Source of the DNA: a virus | Virus record (IMG/VR): IMGVR_UViG_3300025695_001209 | Span: 8,762 to 72,761 of that record | DNA: 64,000 nt | Direction: 5' to 3' (one strand) | Shown: positions 48,456 through 58,172 of the stretch, piece by piece | How the letters are laid out: every line of letters starts with the position of its first letter | Position numbering within the stretch: position 1 is the stretch's first letter | Notes under the pieces: model-generated | Database searches by the model: none | The model's input: only the letters and a program-made list of their open reading frames with translations | What the model was told of the DNA's origin: nothing | Program-made: the position numbers and the translations under genes

Positions 48456-50450
48456 TTAAACGTTAAATCCAAAACCACAATCTGTTTCGACCACATCGAA
48501 TCCAAATGCACATCCTTCGTCGACAACATTAAACCCAAAATTACACGAGACATCATTCATTACAAAATCAAAATTACAAGTCTCTAAATCGATGTTAAAG
48601 TCAAAGAAACAATTTGCTAGAATTTCTAAACAATTTGGACACCAAAAATCAAATAAATCATAAGTGTCTCTTTCAATTCTAAAATTATGTTGTACTTGAG
48701 GTGAACTTAAGGGTTCAATATAAAATCTCATTTTTGAAATACCACCCATAAATGTACCACCAAAATTGGGTTCCATTTCAATATTAGTGACAAGTATCGG
48801 TTCATATGTCGTCCCTGAAATCATTTCATTCGGCATACACTCCGGGTCCTGTATATAAGGACCATCTAAAGTATTACAGGATGTTGGTATTAAACTTTCT
48901 CTTAATCCTTGTGTCCCACCACCCCATGAAATGGTGTATGGTACCCCAATCTGTTTTTCTTTTTCAGTATTTAATTCGTGAGGGATAATCTCCTCAAAGT
49001 CTTCGATTACCATAAACAAGTAACCGTTGACGTATAGTTTTAAGGACCCGCGTCTATCGTCTACTTGGTCTAACCAATTTTGTGACCACTGTATGTTACC
49101 GACTTTTGTGTCGTTGGCACCACTAGGTCCGATTAATTTAACGGTATTTCCGGCTGTAGATGCTGTGTACGACTGAGTTCGTATATCATTTAACCCCCCA
49201 TCGTTTAGTAAGTCACAGTTTTCTAAGTATTTATATCGTTCAAACACTGCAGACAGCATAACCCATCTTTCTTCAGTTTTTTCTGACTCATTAATAGGGA
49301 ACCCACATACGTCATAAATTCCAGCAGTAGAACATATTTCATTTATACAATATCCTGATGAATATGTGGTACCCGTATTTTCGCAAGTACCTGTGGTTAC
49401 ACAGCTACCGGTATATTTAATATACTTAACACATATTTTAGGATTTTTTGGGTCACCACTTAACTGTAGTGATATGGCGTTAGATAAGACATCAAGTGCG
49501 GGGTCTGACTCTTTATTTGGGTATATTGTTATATTACCACACGTTTTAAAACAATCCACTAATGAACTAGTGACCCTTTGATATAATTCAACAGACGCAC
49601 TACGTACAATCTCGTCAGAATTACAAATAAAAAGACCTTTATATATAACAGGAATACCTGTTGCTTTATGATAGAATTTATTCTCAGAACGACTTCCAAG
49701 AAAAAAGAACGTTCCGGCATTATCAGGATACACATCGTTAAGATATTCTTGGTTGTCCATTAACTCAAACTCATCGAATTGACGTGGTTTTAATATCGTC
49801 TCCATAGACCACCCTTTATTTACCCTTTCAGGTAAAATTTCATAGTCATACCCATGTAGTTTATAAAAACCCTGAAAAAAACCTCCGTATAATTCTTGGT
49901 AGTAACCAACAGAGTCATCTACTTTATCAACAATGTTATATACGGTTTCCTTATCTTTACCCTGAAATCTCGTGTTAGGTAAATTGTTAAATGTACCAAC
50001 AGGGTGTAACTTCATTCTCCTATCGTGGTATAGTGGGTCATAAGTTTTAGATGGAAAAACACCCATAGAGTAATATAAGGTATCACCTGTTATCTTATTA
50101 AATAATCCAACATCAATCATGGTTAGACCTGCATCACAAGTACCGTTAAATTCTGTGTAACAACTAAGGTCATCATTATTTGGGTTATAATAATTTAAAG
50201 AAGTAAAAGTGTTTGCGGTATTTGAGACACCCCAATAAAGATTTGGTTTAGATGTCGTCCCTAGTTGAGTTAAATCTATATTGACTGGTAATCGATTACC
50301 GTCATCAGCGGCGATTACTTTATCTGAGAAAACAACCTCACTATCATAATTCTCTTCATCGGAAGATAAAGTTATGTCAAAATACTCGCTGGAATCCAAC
50401 TTAACCTTAAATCTTTTGAAGTTATAACCATTAATGCTCTGACCTGCCAT
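48456..50450 (-). CDS. Cys-rich virion protein with lectin/LamG-like strands and C-terminal repeats
   Basis: GWSMETILKP, LKLYVNG, ISWGGG, FMGGISKMRFY resemble a concanavalin/LamG fold. Confidence 0.55.
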   Translation of the reverse strand: MAGQSINGYNFKRFKVKLDSSEYFDITLSSDEENYDSEVVFSDKVIAADDGNRLPVNIDLTQLGTTSKPNLYWGVSNTANTFTSLNYYNPNNDDLSCYTEFNGTCDAGLTMIDVGLFNKITGDTLYYSMGVFPSKTYDPLYHDRRMKLHPVGTFNNLPNTRFQGKDKETVYNIVDKVDDSVGYYQELYGGFFQGFYKLHGYDYEILPERVNKGWSMETILKPRQFDEFELMDNQEYLNDVYPDNAGTFFFLGSRSENKFYHKATGIPVIYKGLFICNSDEIVRSASVELYQRVTSSLVDCFKTCGNITIYPNKESDPALDVLSNAISLQLSGDPKNPKICVKYIKYTGSCVTTGTCENTGTTYSSGYCINEICSTAGIYDVCGFPINESEKTEERWVMLSAVFERYKYLENCDLLNDGGLNDIRTQSYTASTAGNTVKLIGPSGANDTKVGNIQWSQNWLDQVDDRRGSLKLYVNGYLFMVIEDFEEIIPHELNTEKEKQIGVPYTISWGGGTQGLRESLIPTSCNTLDGPYIQDPECMPNEMISGTTYEPILVTNIEMEPNFGGTFMGGISKMRFYIEPLSSPQVQHNFRIERDTYDLFDFWCPNCLEILANCFFDFNIDLETCNFDFVMNDVSCNFGFNVVDEGCAFGFDVVETDCGFGFNV
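48459..48611 (-). repeat. Five 11-aa (33-bp) repeats CxF(D/G)Fxxxxxx
   Basis: CFFDFNIDLET CNFDFVMNDVS CNFGFNVVDEG CAFGFDVVETD CGFGFNV. Confidence 0.85.
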
Positions 50451-50497
50451 TCTCTTTTTTATGATAAATACTTTCTTTGTTGTATTTATAGTAAAAA

Positions 50498-51205
50498 ATG
50501 AGTATGATTAAGTCCGATATCTTTAGAAAAAAAAGTGCAGCTGAAGAGAAAGCACTTAAAATGGGATGTAAAGGTACCCACAAACACGATGGTGGGTTCA
50601 TGCCTTGTAATTCACATTCCGAATGGGAAAAAATAAGTTCAGTAAGTGAAAAAGAAGAAATTGACGAGTTAGTTGATTATGACGGGACTATGAATAACTC
50701 AAAAATCCCGATATTAGACCCTAATGTTACCCCAAAGAAAACCACAGACCAAACAGTTGCTGCTTCACGTACAAAACAAGACCCATATGCTTTAGGGTTT
50801 AGAAGGTATATTGGTGAAGAGGATATGTCTTCGGCATTTGGATGGGAAGAAACTGAAGATATGGGTTTCGATGAGACTATAGAATATTTAGAGAAACAAT
50901 TAGGTGTAGACAATGCTGAGGAAAGGGCCGAGGAAATGGGTAAGGACGATAAGTTAGAAAAGAAAAAAACACCAGGTTCTTTCACAAGAATGAGACTTCA
51001 AGAAAAGGAAAAAATGTTCACGAAAGAACAAGTAATGAAAATGAAAGAAGATTTACTTGTCGATAAAAACTCAGATAACGGAGTACAATCCACAAATAAG
51101 GAGATTTCTAAAATCATACTTAGAAATATTAAAGCACTTAAGAAATTATCCAAAAAAGAAGGTATCAGTACTCAACAACTTATAACTCTATTAAAAAATG
51201 AATAA
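50498..51205 (+). CDS. Hypothetical protein with N-terminal Cys/His micro-domain (DUF3721-like)
   Basis: AEEKALKMGCKGTHKHDGGFMPCNSH. Confidence 0.65.
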   Translation: MSMIKSDIFRKKSAAEEKALKMGCKGTHKHDGGFMPCNSHSEWEKISSVSEKEEIDELVDYDGTMNNSKIPILDPNVTPKKTTDQTVAASRTKQDPYALGFRRYIGEEDMSSAFGWEETEDMGFDETIEYLEKQLGVDNAEERAEEMGKDDKLEKKKTPGSFTRMRLQEKEKMFTKEQVMKMKEDLLVDKNSDNGVQSTNKEISKIILRNIKALKKLSKKEGISTQQLITLLKNE

Positions 51206-51653
51206 AAATCTTTACGATAGAAAAGCAAAACTACCAAAATCACTAATAAAACATTTAGAAGAATGTGGTACGTCAGTTGATGCAGATTCAAATACTGAGG
51301 GTTTTAATCGTAATAAAGAACTCAGAGAAACAGGAGTAGCATCTTACCAACAAATAAAAAGAATTAAAAATTGGTTCGACTCTTTTGGTGGTAACAAAGA
51401 AGACGCTCCGTTTATATTAAATGGTGGTGACAGAATGCAAAAATGGTGTGGTCACGTTTTAGACCATTGGAGGTCAGTAGAACAAGGAGGTAAAAAAAGA
51501 AAAGCCGATGGAGGGATGGAAAACCAATTCATTGATAACCATGAAAAAAATGGTTTAGTAGTAAACCCACATGATAAACATGAAAAGGGTATTAATAAGT
51601 TCGATACGACAATAAAAGAGAGTATCATTAAAAGATTTAAAAGATTAACATAA
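51198..51653 (+). CDS. Hypothetical protein (head-associated domain-like)
   Basis: QIKRIKNWF...LNGGDRMQKW pattern. Overlaps the upstream gene. Confidence 0.6.
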   Translation: MNKNLYDRKAKLPKSLIKHLEECGTSVDADSNTEGFNRNKELRETGVASYQQIKRIKNWFDSFGGNKEDAPFILNGGDRMQKWCGHVLDHWRSVEQGGKKRKADGGMENQFIDNHEKNGLVVNPHDKHEKGINKFDTTIKESIIKRFKRLT

Positions 51654-51654
51654 A

Positions 51655-51951
51655 ATGGCAGAACAAAACGACAGATTAGATTTTTCACAACCAAAGAATA
51701 GTTTGAGTGAAATCGCAGAAAGAGAAAGAGCAAAACTTTTCCCACGTAATGACTATTCACCTCTTTCAGACAAGTATTCGGCGGAACATCCTGATGCTTT
51801 AGCTGACGGAGACGATGAAGGTAGAGGTACAGGAGTATTTTTAGATATACATAATTTAGGTGGTGGTACAAGTACCGACATCAATGAAAGAAATGACGAT
51901 ATCAAAATTAATAAGTACAACTATAAAAACGGTTATAAAGTAGAGGACTAA
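51655..51951 (+). CDS. Hypothetical protein
   Basis: 98 aa containing HPDALADGDDEGRGTG. Tightly coupled to neighbours. Confidence 0.7.
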   Translation: MAEQNDRLDFSQPKNSLSEIAERERAKLFPRNDYSPLSDKYSAEHPDALADGDDEGRGTGVFLDIHNLGGGTSTDINERNDDIKINKYNYKNGYKVED

Positions 51952-52346
51952 TGAAACTACAGGAAACCCTAAGGTCGGTTCTTTTAGAGGTGGCGTCAAT
52001 GGATGACGTACAAAGAGCGATAAAACAAAAACAAGTGGTCACCATATTCTATGATGGTGACGAACCTGGTGGTCGTGGTTTTAGAACTATTGAACCTGTT
52101 TGTTTTGGGTTTTCAAAAGCGGGTAATAGAGTCTTACGAGGTTGGGACATGGAAGGTGCGTCTCACACCGCATTAAAAGGTGAACAACCCTTACCAGGGT
52201 GGAGATTATTTAGGTTAGATAAGATAACGACATTTAAACCTACCTTAGATAACTTTACATCTCCCAGACCCGGCTATAACTTTAATGGGGACAAGAGTAT
52301 GTCAAGAGTAATAATCAACGCACAATTTAATAACGAAAATGAATAA
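51951..52346 (+). CDS. Stand-alone WYL-domain protein
   Basis: AI...VTIFY...RTIEP...LRGW...WRLFRLDKI. No HTH domain. Confidence 0.85.
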   Translation: MKLQETLRSVLLEVASMDDVQRAIKQKQVVTIFYDGDEPGGRGFRTIEPVCFGFSKAGNRVLRGWDMEGASHTALKGEQPLPGWRLFRLDKITTFKPTLDNFTSPRPGYNFNGDKSMSRVIINAQFNNENE

Positions 52347-52935
52347 CGATTTAATGCAAAAATTAGCCATGTCTAAAAAGATTATGGATGCCACGGAAAA
52401 TATTAAACCAGGACAACAAGGTTTATCTCAGTTACCTATGTCTGAAAATATAGATGCAAAATATAACATACCACAGGATATGTTACAACAAGCACCACAA
52501 CAACCAACATCTTCACCTCAAATGTCACAACAACCTGTGACCGAAGATAAAATTCAAAATTCTAATTTACCTGATGAAATTAAGAAATTAATGATGGAAC
52601 ACCCAATACAACAACCAAATTTCGGTGGTGGTGGTGCTACATTATCTGACGATGTTATTGAAGGTGCACAAAGACTAATGGGTAGAAATAACCCACAACC
52701 TATAAATGAGACACCTAAGACTAACCCGTCAAAAACAATGACAGGTAATAATGGAGAACTTAAACAAATGATTAGAGACGTTGTTAGAGACACTGTTAGG
52801 GATGTTGTCAGAGAAGAGTTACAAAGTTCAGGGATGTTAACTGAAGGAGGTTCAAAGACAAATGAAACACTACAACTTAGAGTGGGAAAGCACGTTTTTG
52901 AGGGTAAAGTAACAAAAATCAAAAAGGTAAAATAA
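52339..52935 (+). CDS. Hypothetical Gln/Pro-rich protein
   Basis: 198 aa containing SNLPDEIKKLMMEHPI and RDVVRDTVRDVVRE repeats. Confidence 0.7.
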   Translation: MNNDLMQKLAMSKKIMDATENIKPGQQGLSQLPMSENIDAKYNIPQDMLQQAPQQPTSSPQMSQQPVTEDKIQNSNLPDEIKKLMMEHPIQQPNFGGGGATLSDDVIEGAQRLMGRNNPQPINETPKTNPSKTMTGNNGELKQMIRDVVRDTVRDVVREELQSSGMLTEGGSKTNETLQLRVGKHVFEGKVTKIKKVK

Positions 52936-52990
52936 CCAACCCCTTTTCTTATTCTTTTTTTTGTGTTATACTTTTATCAAAAGTGAAAGT

Positions 52991-54205
52991 ATGTCAAAAA
53001 TTAAAGTATTAGTATTACCTTCTGACCGTACAGGTGTAGGTAAATTTCGTTCAGTAGAACCCCATATATTCTTACAACAATCAAACCCTGAAGATTTTCA
53101 TGTGGACATTGATTATGAGCCAAGGATTAACGATTTAAACTATTGGAAACAATATGATATGGTATGTTTCCATAGGTCAATTGGTCGTGACCCTAGACAA
53201 TCCGTAGAGATTGTTAAGATGTTAAATAAATTAGGTGTTGTAACGGTCATGGATTTAGATGACTATTGGTTACCAACAAAGGACCACCCAGCACATAATA
53301 TAGTTCTTAAAAATGAAATACATCTTAGAATTATTGACAACTTAAAAGTTGCTCAATATGTTACCACAACGACTTCTTTATTCGCAACAGAGATTAAAAA
53401 ATATAATAAAAATGTTTTTATTCTACCAAACGCGATTAACCCAAAAGAACCTCAATTTAATGCTGAAACCAAACCATCTGATAAAGTTAGATTTGGTTGG
53501 TTAGGTGGTTCATCACACTTAGAAGATTTAAAGTTACTAAATGGTAGTTTTTCAAGATTGAAAGATTTAAAAGACCAATATAGTGTACATCTTTGTGGTT
53601 TCGATACGAGAGGTACTGTAACTGAAATTAATCCTAAGACTAATGAACAAAAACAACGTCCAATAAAACCACATGAAACGGTATGGGCAGAGTATGAAAA
53701 GATTTTCACTAACAACTATAACTTAGTAACACCTGAACATAAGGAATTCTTATTAAAGTATAGTCAGGAACCTTTTACGTTAGATGAAGAACCTTTCTAC
53801 AATAGAGTATGGACCGAACCTGTCACATCATATGCTAAAAACTACGCAAATTTCGATGTGTCTTTAGCACCACTTAAAAATCACATATTTAATAGGGCCA
53901 AATCACAATTAAAAGTTATCGAGGCAGGTTTTTATAAAAAAGCCATTATCGCTTCAGATATCGGACCCTATGGAATTGATTTGACACATTCACTTAAAAA
54001 TGGTAACTTTACTGACGGTAATGCTTTATTAGTGAAAGAAAGTAGAAACCATAGTGATTGGTCTAAATTCATGAAAAAATTAATTACTAACCCATCATGG
54101 GTTGAGGATTTAGGTGAGAGACTTTATGAGACGGTCTCTAAGACTTATGACTTAAATATTGTAACAGCAACAAGAGCAGAAATTTATAAAGAAATAACAC
54201 GATGA
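52991..54205 (+). CDS. Glycosyltransferase (GT-B, GT4-like)
   Basis: Start reassigned to MSKIK. DLDDYW, LPNAI, GWLGGSSH, APL...FNRAKSQLKVIEAG, IASDIGPY. Confidence 0.85.
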   Translation: MSKIKVLVLPSDRTGVGKFRSVEPHIFLQQSNPEDFHVDIDYEPRINDLNYWKQYDMVCFHRSIGRDPRQSVEIVKMLNKLGVVTVMDLDDYWLPTKDHPAHNIVLKNEIHLRIIDNLKVAQYVTTTTSLFATEIKKYNKNVFILPNAINPKEPQFNAETKPSDKVRFGWLGGSSHLEDLKLLNGSFSRLKDLKDQYSVHLCGFDTRGTVTEINPKTNEQKQRPIKPHETVWAEYEKIFTNNYNLVTPEHKEFLLKYSQEPFTLDEEPFYNRVWTEPVTSYAKNYANFDVSLAPLKNHIFNRAKSQLKVIEAGFYKKAIIASDIGPYGIDLTHSLKNGNFTDGNALLVKESRNHSDWSKFMKKLITNPSWVEDLGERLYETVSKTYDLNIVTATRAEIYKEITR

Positions 54206-54903
54206 TTAACGTACCGAAGACAAAACTATTATTTTTCGACATTGAAACTGTCGGGATTGAGGAAGATTTTAAAACCCTAAAAAAGAATAGACCCGAACTT
54301 GCAAAATTGTTTGAGTCATATAAAGGATGGATTATAAAGAGATTTCCTGAAGAGGAAGATAGTACTATTGATGAAATGTTTTATAATAAATCGGCACTGA
54401 TACCTGAGTTTGCCAAAATAATAGTTGCGTCTTTTGCGTTTCACACACCTAATGGTGATGTTCACACACAAACATTCTCATCAGATGAGGAGGTTGAGGT
54501 CTTAAACGACATTAAAGGACTACTAAATAAAGTTAGTAAAATGGACTTTTATCTATGTGGTCATAATATTAAGAACTTTGACATCCCTATGATTGGAAAG
54601 AGAATGTTAATTAACGGTATTAAACCACCATCCCTTTTACCACAATACGACACCAAACCGTGGGAAATAAAGGCAGTTGACACTATGGAGTTATGGAAAT
54701 TTGGAAATAACTATTCTATGGCATCTTTAGAACTTATGTGTGTATCGATGGGTGTGTCATCCCCAAAAGAAGGTGAGGTTACTGGTAACATTGTCCACAA
54801 AACATATTGGGAGACAGGTGGTTTAGACCCCATTGCCAAATATTGTGATGAGGATGTGGATGTCCTTGCAAAATTAATAGATAAAATATATAACTTAGTA
54901 TAA
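54202..54903 (+). CDS. DEDD 3'-5' exonuclease (PolB-exo-like)
   Basis: FDIET, GHNIKNFDIP, DTM, YCDEDV. Confidence 0.88.
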   Translation: MINVPKTKLLFFDIETVGIEEDFKTLKKNRPELAKLFESYKGWIIKRFPEEEDSTIDEMFYNKSALIPEFAKIIVASFAFHTPNGDVHTQTFSSDEEVEVLNDIKGLLNKVSKMDFYLCGHNIKNFDIPMIGKRMLINGIKPPSLLPQYDTKPWEIKAVDTMELWKFGNNYSMASLELMCVSMGVSSPKEGEVTGNIVHKTYWETGGLDPIAKYCDEDVDVLAKLIDKIYNLV

Positions 54904-55499
54904 TGGGAAGAATGAAAGATATGACAGAAGGTCTTAGAATGTTAAAAGACCTAAAAAAAGGATTAGGGGGTATGGATACGAACAACCCTCAAAAAATGCT
55001 AGACTCAATGGGTTTAGATATGGATGAACTAAATAGAACATTTATTGAAGCTTCATCACCAAAAACCACATTAAGATACTCATATAAGTCAGTAAATACT
55101 GAACCGTCATACGCATACCCCACTGACTCAGGTTTTGACCTCAGAGCCAACAAAAAGGTCACACTTGAACCACTAGAAAGATTTTTAGTACCCACAGGTC
55201 TATTTTTAGATATCCCTGATGGTTACGAAGTTCAAGTCAGGCCAAAGAGTGGATTGGCAATTAAAAAGGGATTATCGGTGGTAAATACACCAGGTACTGT
55301 AGACCAAGGATATACAGGTGAGATACAGGTCATCCTCATTAATTTAAGTAATGAAGCACACACCATCGAAATTGGAGATAAAATCGCTCAAGCGGTTCTA
55401 TGTCCCGTAATGTCAGGTAAGTTTGTGGAATTACAAAGAGTTCTTAATGTCGACGATAAAGACCGTGGAGATAATGGATTTGGCTCAACAGGAAATTAA
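54903..55499 (+). CDS. dut: Trimeric dUTPase with N-terminal extension
   Basis: SGFDL, RPKSGLA, PGTVDQGYTGEI, IAQ, RGDNGFGSTG. Confidence 0.95.
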   Translation: MGRMKDMTEGLRMLKDLKKGLGGMDTNNPQKMLDSMGLDMDELNRTFIEASSPKTTLRYSYKSVNTEPSYAYPTDSGFDLRANKKVTLEPLERFLVPTGLFLDIPDGYEVQVRPKSGLAIKKGLSVVNTPGTVDQGYTGEIQVILINLSNEAHTIEIGDKIAQAVLCPVMSGKFVELQRVLNVDDKDRGDNGFGSTGN

Positions 55500-55500
55500 T

Positions 55501-55887
55501 ATGGAAACAGTAAGTCCAACATTACCCGAAGGTATTAAAAATTACCTTATTGATATCGATGGTACAATTACCGATGATGTCCCAAATGAAGAACCAGAAA
55601 GAATGGTAAGTTGTTTACCCTATGAAGGTTCAATTGATATGATAAATGAGTGGTACGATAATGGTCATATTATCACCTTCTTCACTTCTCGCTCGGAAGA
55701 ACATAGAGAAGTCACAGAAGAGTGGTTCAAAAAACACGGATATAAGTATCATAACTTATTAATGAACAAACCTCGTGGAGGAAATTACCATTGGATTGAT
55801 AACCATATTGTAAGGGCTACTCGATATAACGGTAAATGGACACCACTAACAGATAAAGAAACAACAATACAAGTATTTGACGATTAA
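55501..55887 (+). CDS. Small HAD-family phosphatase
   Basis: Start reassigned to METVSP. IDIDGTI, FTSR, MNKP, IDN. Confidence 0.8.
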   Translation: METVSPTLPEGIKNYLIDIDGTITDDVPNEEPERMVSCLPYEGSIDMINEWYDNGHIITFFTSRSEEHREVTEEWFKKHGYKYHNLLMNKPRGGNYHWIDNHIVRATRYNGKWTPLTDKETTIQVFDD

Positions 55888-57275
55888 TGATTACAATAGG
55901 ATATAGTACAAAAAAGATAGACCCTAAATTTAGAGAATACATTGAGGAATCATGTGGGTTAAGAGGTGTTGAAGTGATACCTTTTGAGAACCCTGGTACT
56001 CATTCACTTACCGAAGCATATAATATCATTCTTGAGAAATCAACGAATGATATTGTTGTGCTTTGTCATGATGACATCTATTTCGAGAAAAAAAATTGGG
56101 GTAACAAAGTGTTAAAACATTTTAAAAGAAATCCCGATTATGGTATTATCGGCGCTGCGGGTACTAAATACATGCCAAAATCAGGTAGGTGGTGGGAAAT
56201 ACCCTCAGAGATGTATGGTGTTGTTAATCATGAGCACGAAGGTAAAAAATGGACGTCTAAGTACAGTGAACCAAAAGGTAATCGATTAGACCAAACGGTA
56301 CTCGTTGATGGTTTATTTATGGCGGTTAACAAACCCACTTTAAAGACTCGATTCGATGAGGACGTTAAAGGTTTTCACTTCTATGAGGTGGATTTTTGCT
56401 TTAGAAACTTTTTAGAGGGTGTGATGATTGGTGTGTTTTACGATATTAGAATTACACATAAGTCAGTTGGTATGACTAATGACCAGTGGGAATTGAATAG
56501 ACAACAATTCGTGAACACACACAAAGACAATTTACCCGTAATACTTCCTACGACTTACAATAAGAAGACGGTTAAGAAGAATGAACCATTAGTTACTTTA
56601 GCAATGCCAATCTATAACTATGCTAAGATGTTAAATCCATGTCTTAACTCAGTTTTTAATCAGGATTACACTAATTTCGAAGTGGTAATAGTTAATGATG
56701 GGTCTGATGACGAATACTGTTTACTAAAACTAAAAACATTAGAGGGTCATGAATCTATTAAAGTAATACATAAAGAAAATACTGGTGTATCTGATACACG
56801 TAACATTGCGGTAAAAGAAGGTAAGGGTGAATATATACTACCATTAGACGCCGATGATATGATTTTACCTGGTTACCTCAAAACGGGTGTTAACATTATT
56901 AGAAACAATCCAAAAATTAGCCCTGTATATTGTGATACAGTACATGCCGGTGAGATGAAAGGATTAGAAAAAAGACCTGAATGGTCACAAGAGAGACTAT
57001 TACAAGGTCCATTCATAGTTAATAGTTCAATGTACTCACGTGAAGCTTATGAATCCATTGAAGGGTACAATACTGAAATGAAAGGATGGGTTGATTATGA
57101 TTTATGGGTTCAAATGATGGACGCAGGATATGAAGGTAAGAGAATACCCAAAGGTTTATTTGTTTATTTTCATCACGAAAGTGAAGGTAAGGGTTCTGTC
57201 TCAACATCTGCAAGACAGAATATGAGTGAATTACACAAAACGGTTTTAGATAGACATAAACTTAGAAATACCTAA
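55887..57275 (+). CDS. Two-domain GT-A glycosyltransferase (GT2-like + GT2)
   Basis: N-domain LCHDD, VDGLF, FHFYEVD. C-domain PIYN, VNDGSDD, RN, LDADD, DYDLW. Confidence 0.9.
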   Translation: MITIGYSTKKIDPKFREYIEESCGLRGVEVIPFENPGTHSLTEAYNIILEKSTNDIVVLCHDDIYFEKKNWGNKVLKHFKRNPDYGIIGAAGTKYMPKSGRWWEIPSEMYGVVNHEHEGKKWTSKYSEPKGNRLDQTVLVDGLFMAVNKPTLKTRFDEDVKGFHFYEVDFCFRNFLEGVMIGVFYDIRITHKSVGMTNDQWELNRQQFVNTHKDNLPVILPTTYNKKTVKKNEPLVTLAMPIYNYAKMLNPCLNSVFNQDYTNFEVVIVNDGSDDEYCLLKLKTLEGHESIKVIHKENTGVSDTRNIAVKEGKGEYILPLDADDMILPGYLKTGVNIIRNNPKISPVYCDTVHAGEMKGLEKRPEWSQERLLQGPFIVNSSMYSREAYESIEGYNTEMKGWVDYDLWVQMMDAGYEGKRIPKGLFVYFHHESEGKGSVSTSARQNMSELHKTVLDRHKLRNT

Positions 57276-57276
57276 C

Positions 57277-57882
57277 ATGTTGAAAGAAAAGAGTATAATA
57301 ATAATTGGGTCTTCAGATGTAATGTTAGAGAATAAATTAGGTGATAAAATTAATAGTTTCGATGTTGTCGTTAGATTTAATAGGGCACCCACATCTAATT
57401 ATGAAGATTATGTTGGGTCTAAAACCAACATTAGGTTTGTTAATTCTCACGTAGTAAAGAACACACCTAAACAAAATGAAGACTTAGATTTTTTACCATC
57501 AATTAAAAATCAAGTCATATGTAGTGATTTTAATATAAATGATAATGATTTTTATAAAGTTTTCGATAAAAGTTGTACATTTAAACAAGTTAATAGGTTT
57601 GATAATTTTAAAAAATTTAAAATTAATATTATTAATAAATTAAATATCGATTTAAAAATGAAAACACGAGAACCATCCGTTGGGTTAAGTGCTATATGTT
57701 ATTACATAAATAAGGGGTATAAACCCACAATTTATGGATTTCACCTGCACGATGAAAATAAAAATGTTTCCCCCCATTATTGGAAAAAGAAGTTGTCTGT
57801 TGGTAATTGTCATAACTTTTCCTACGAGAGAAAACTAATAAAAGAACTAATAAAATTAAATTACTTAAAATTATTAAAATGA
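57277..57882 (+). CDS. GT29 sialyltransferase-like glycosyltransferase
   Basis: Sialylmotif L (IIGSS...LGDKINSFDVVVRFNRAP...VGSKT), S (PSVG...YGF), III (HYW), VS (HNFSYE). Confidence 0.85.
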   Translation: MLKEKSIIIIGSSDVMLENKLGDKINSFDVVVRFNRAPTSNYEDYVGSKTNIRFVNSHVVKNTPKQNEDLDFLPSIKNQVICSDFNINDNDFYKVFDKSCTFKQVNRFDNFKKFKINIINKLNIDLKMKTREPSVGLSAICYYINKGYKPTIYGFHLHDENKNVSPHYWKKKLSVGNCHNFSYERKLIKELIKLNYLKLLK

Positions 57883-58172
57883 AGATATTTGTGGATATTG
57901 ATGAAACAATTTGCTATTATAAAGACAATAGAGATTATAACCTAGCATTACCAATAGTGGATAATATAAAAAAAATTAATAAACTATATGATGAAGGTCA
58001 CCACATTAAGTATTGGACCGCTAGAGGTTCGGTTATAAAAAAAGATTGGTTTGATATCACTAAAAATCAACTTGATACGTGGGGGTGTAAATATCATGAA
58101 TTAAGTGTTGGTCAGAAACCCGCATATGATTTACTAATATGTGATAAAACAAAAAGAATAGAAGAAATATGA
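57879..58172 (+). CDS. Small HAD-family phosphatase
   Basis: VDIDETI, WTARG, KP, CDK. Confidence 0.8.
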   Translation: MKIFVDIDETICYYKDNRDYNLALPIVDNIKKINKLYDEGHHIKYWTARGSVIKKDWFDITKNQLDTWGCKYHELSVGQKPAYDLLICDKTKRIEEI

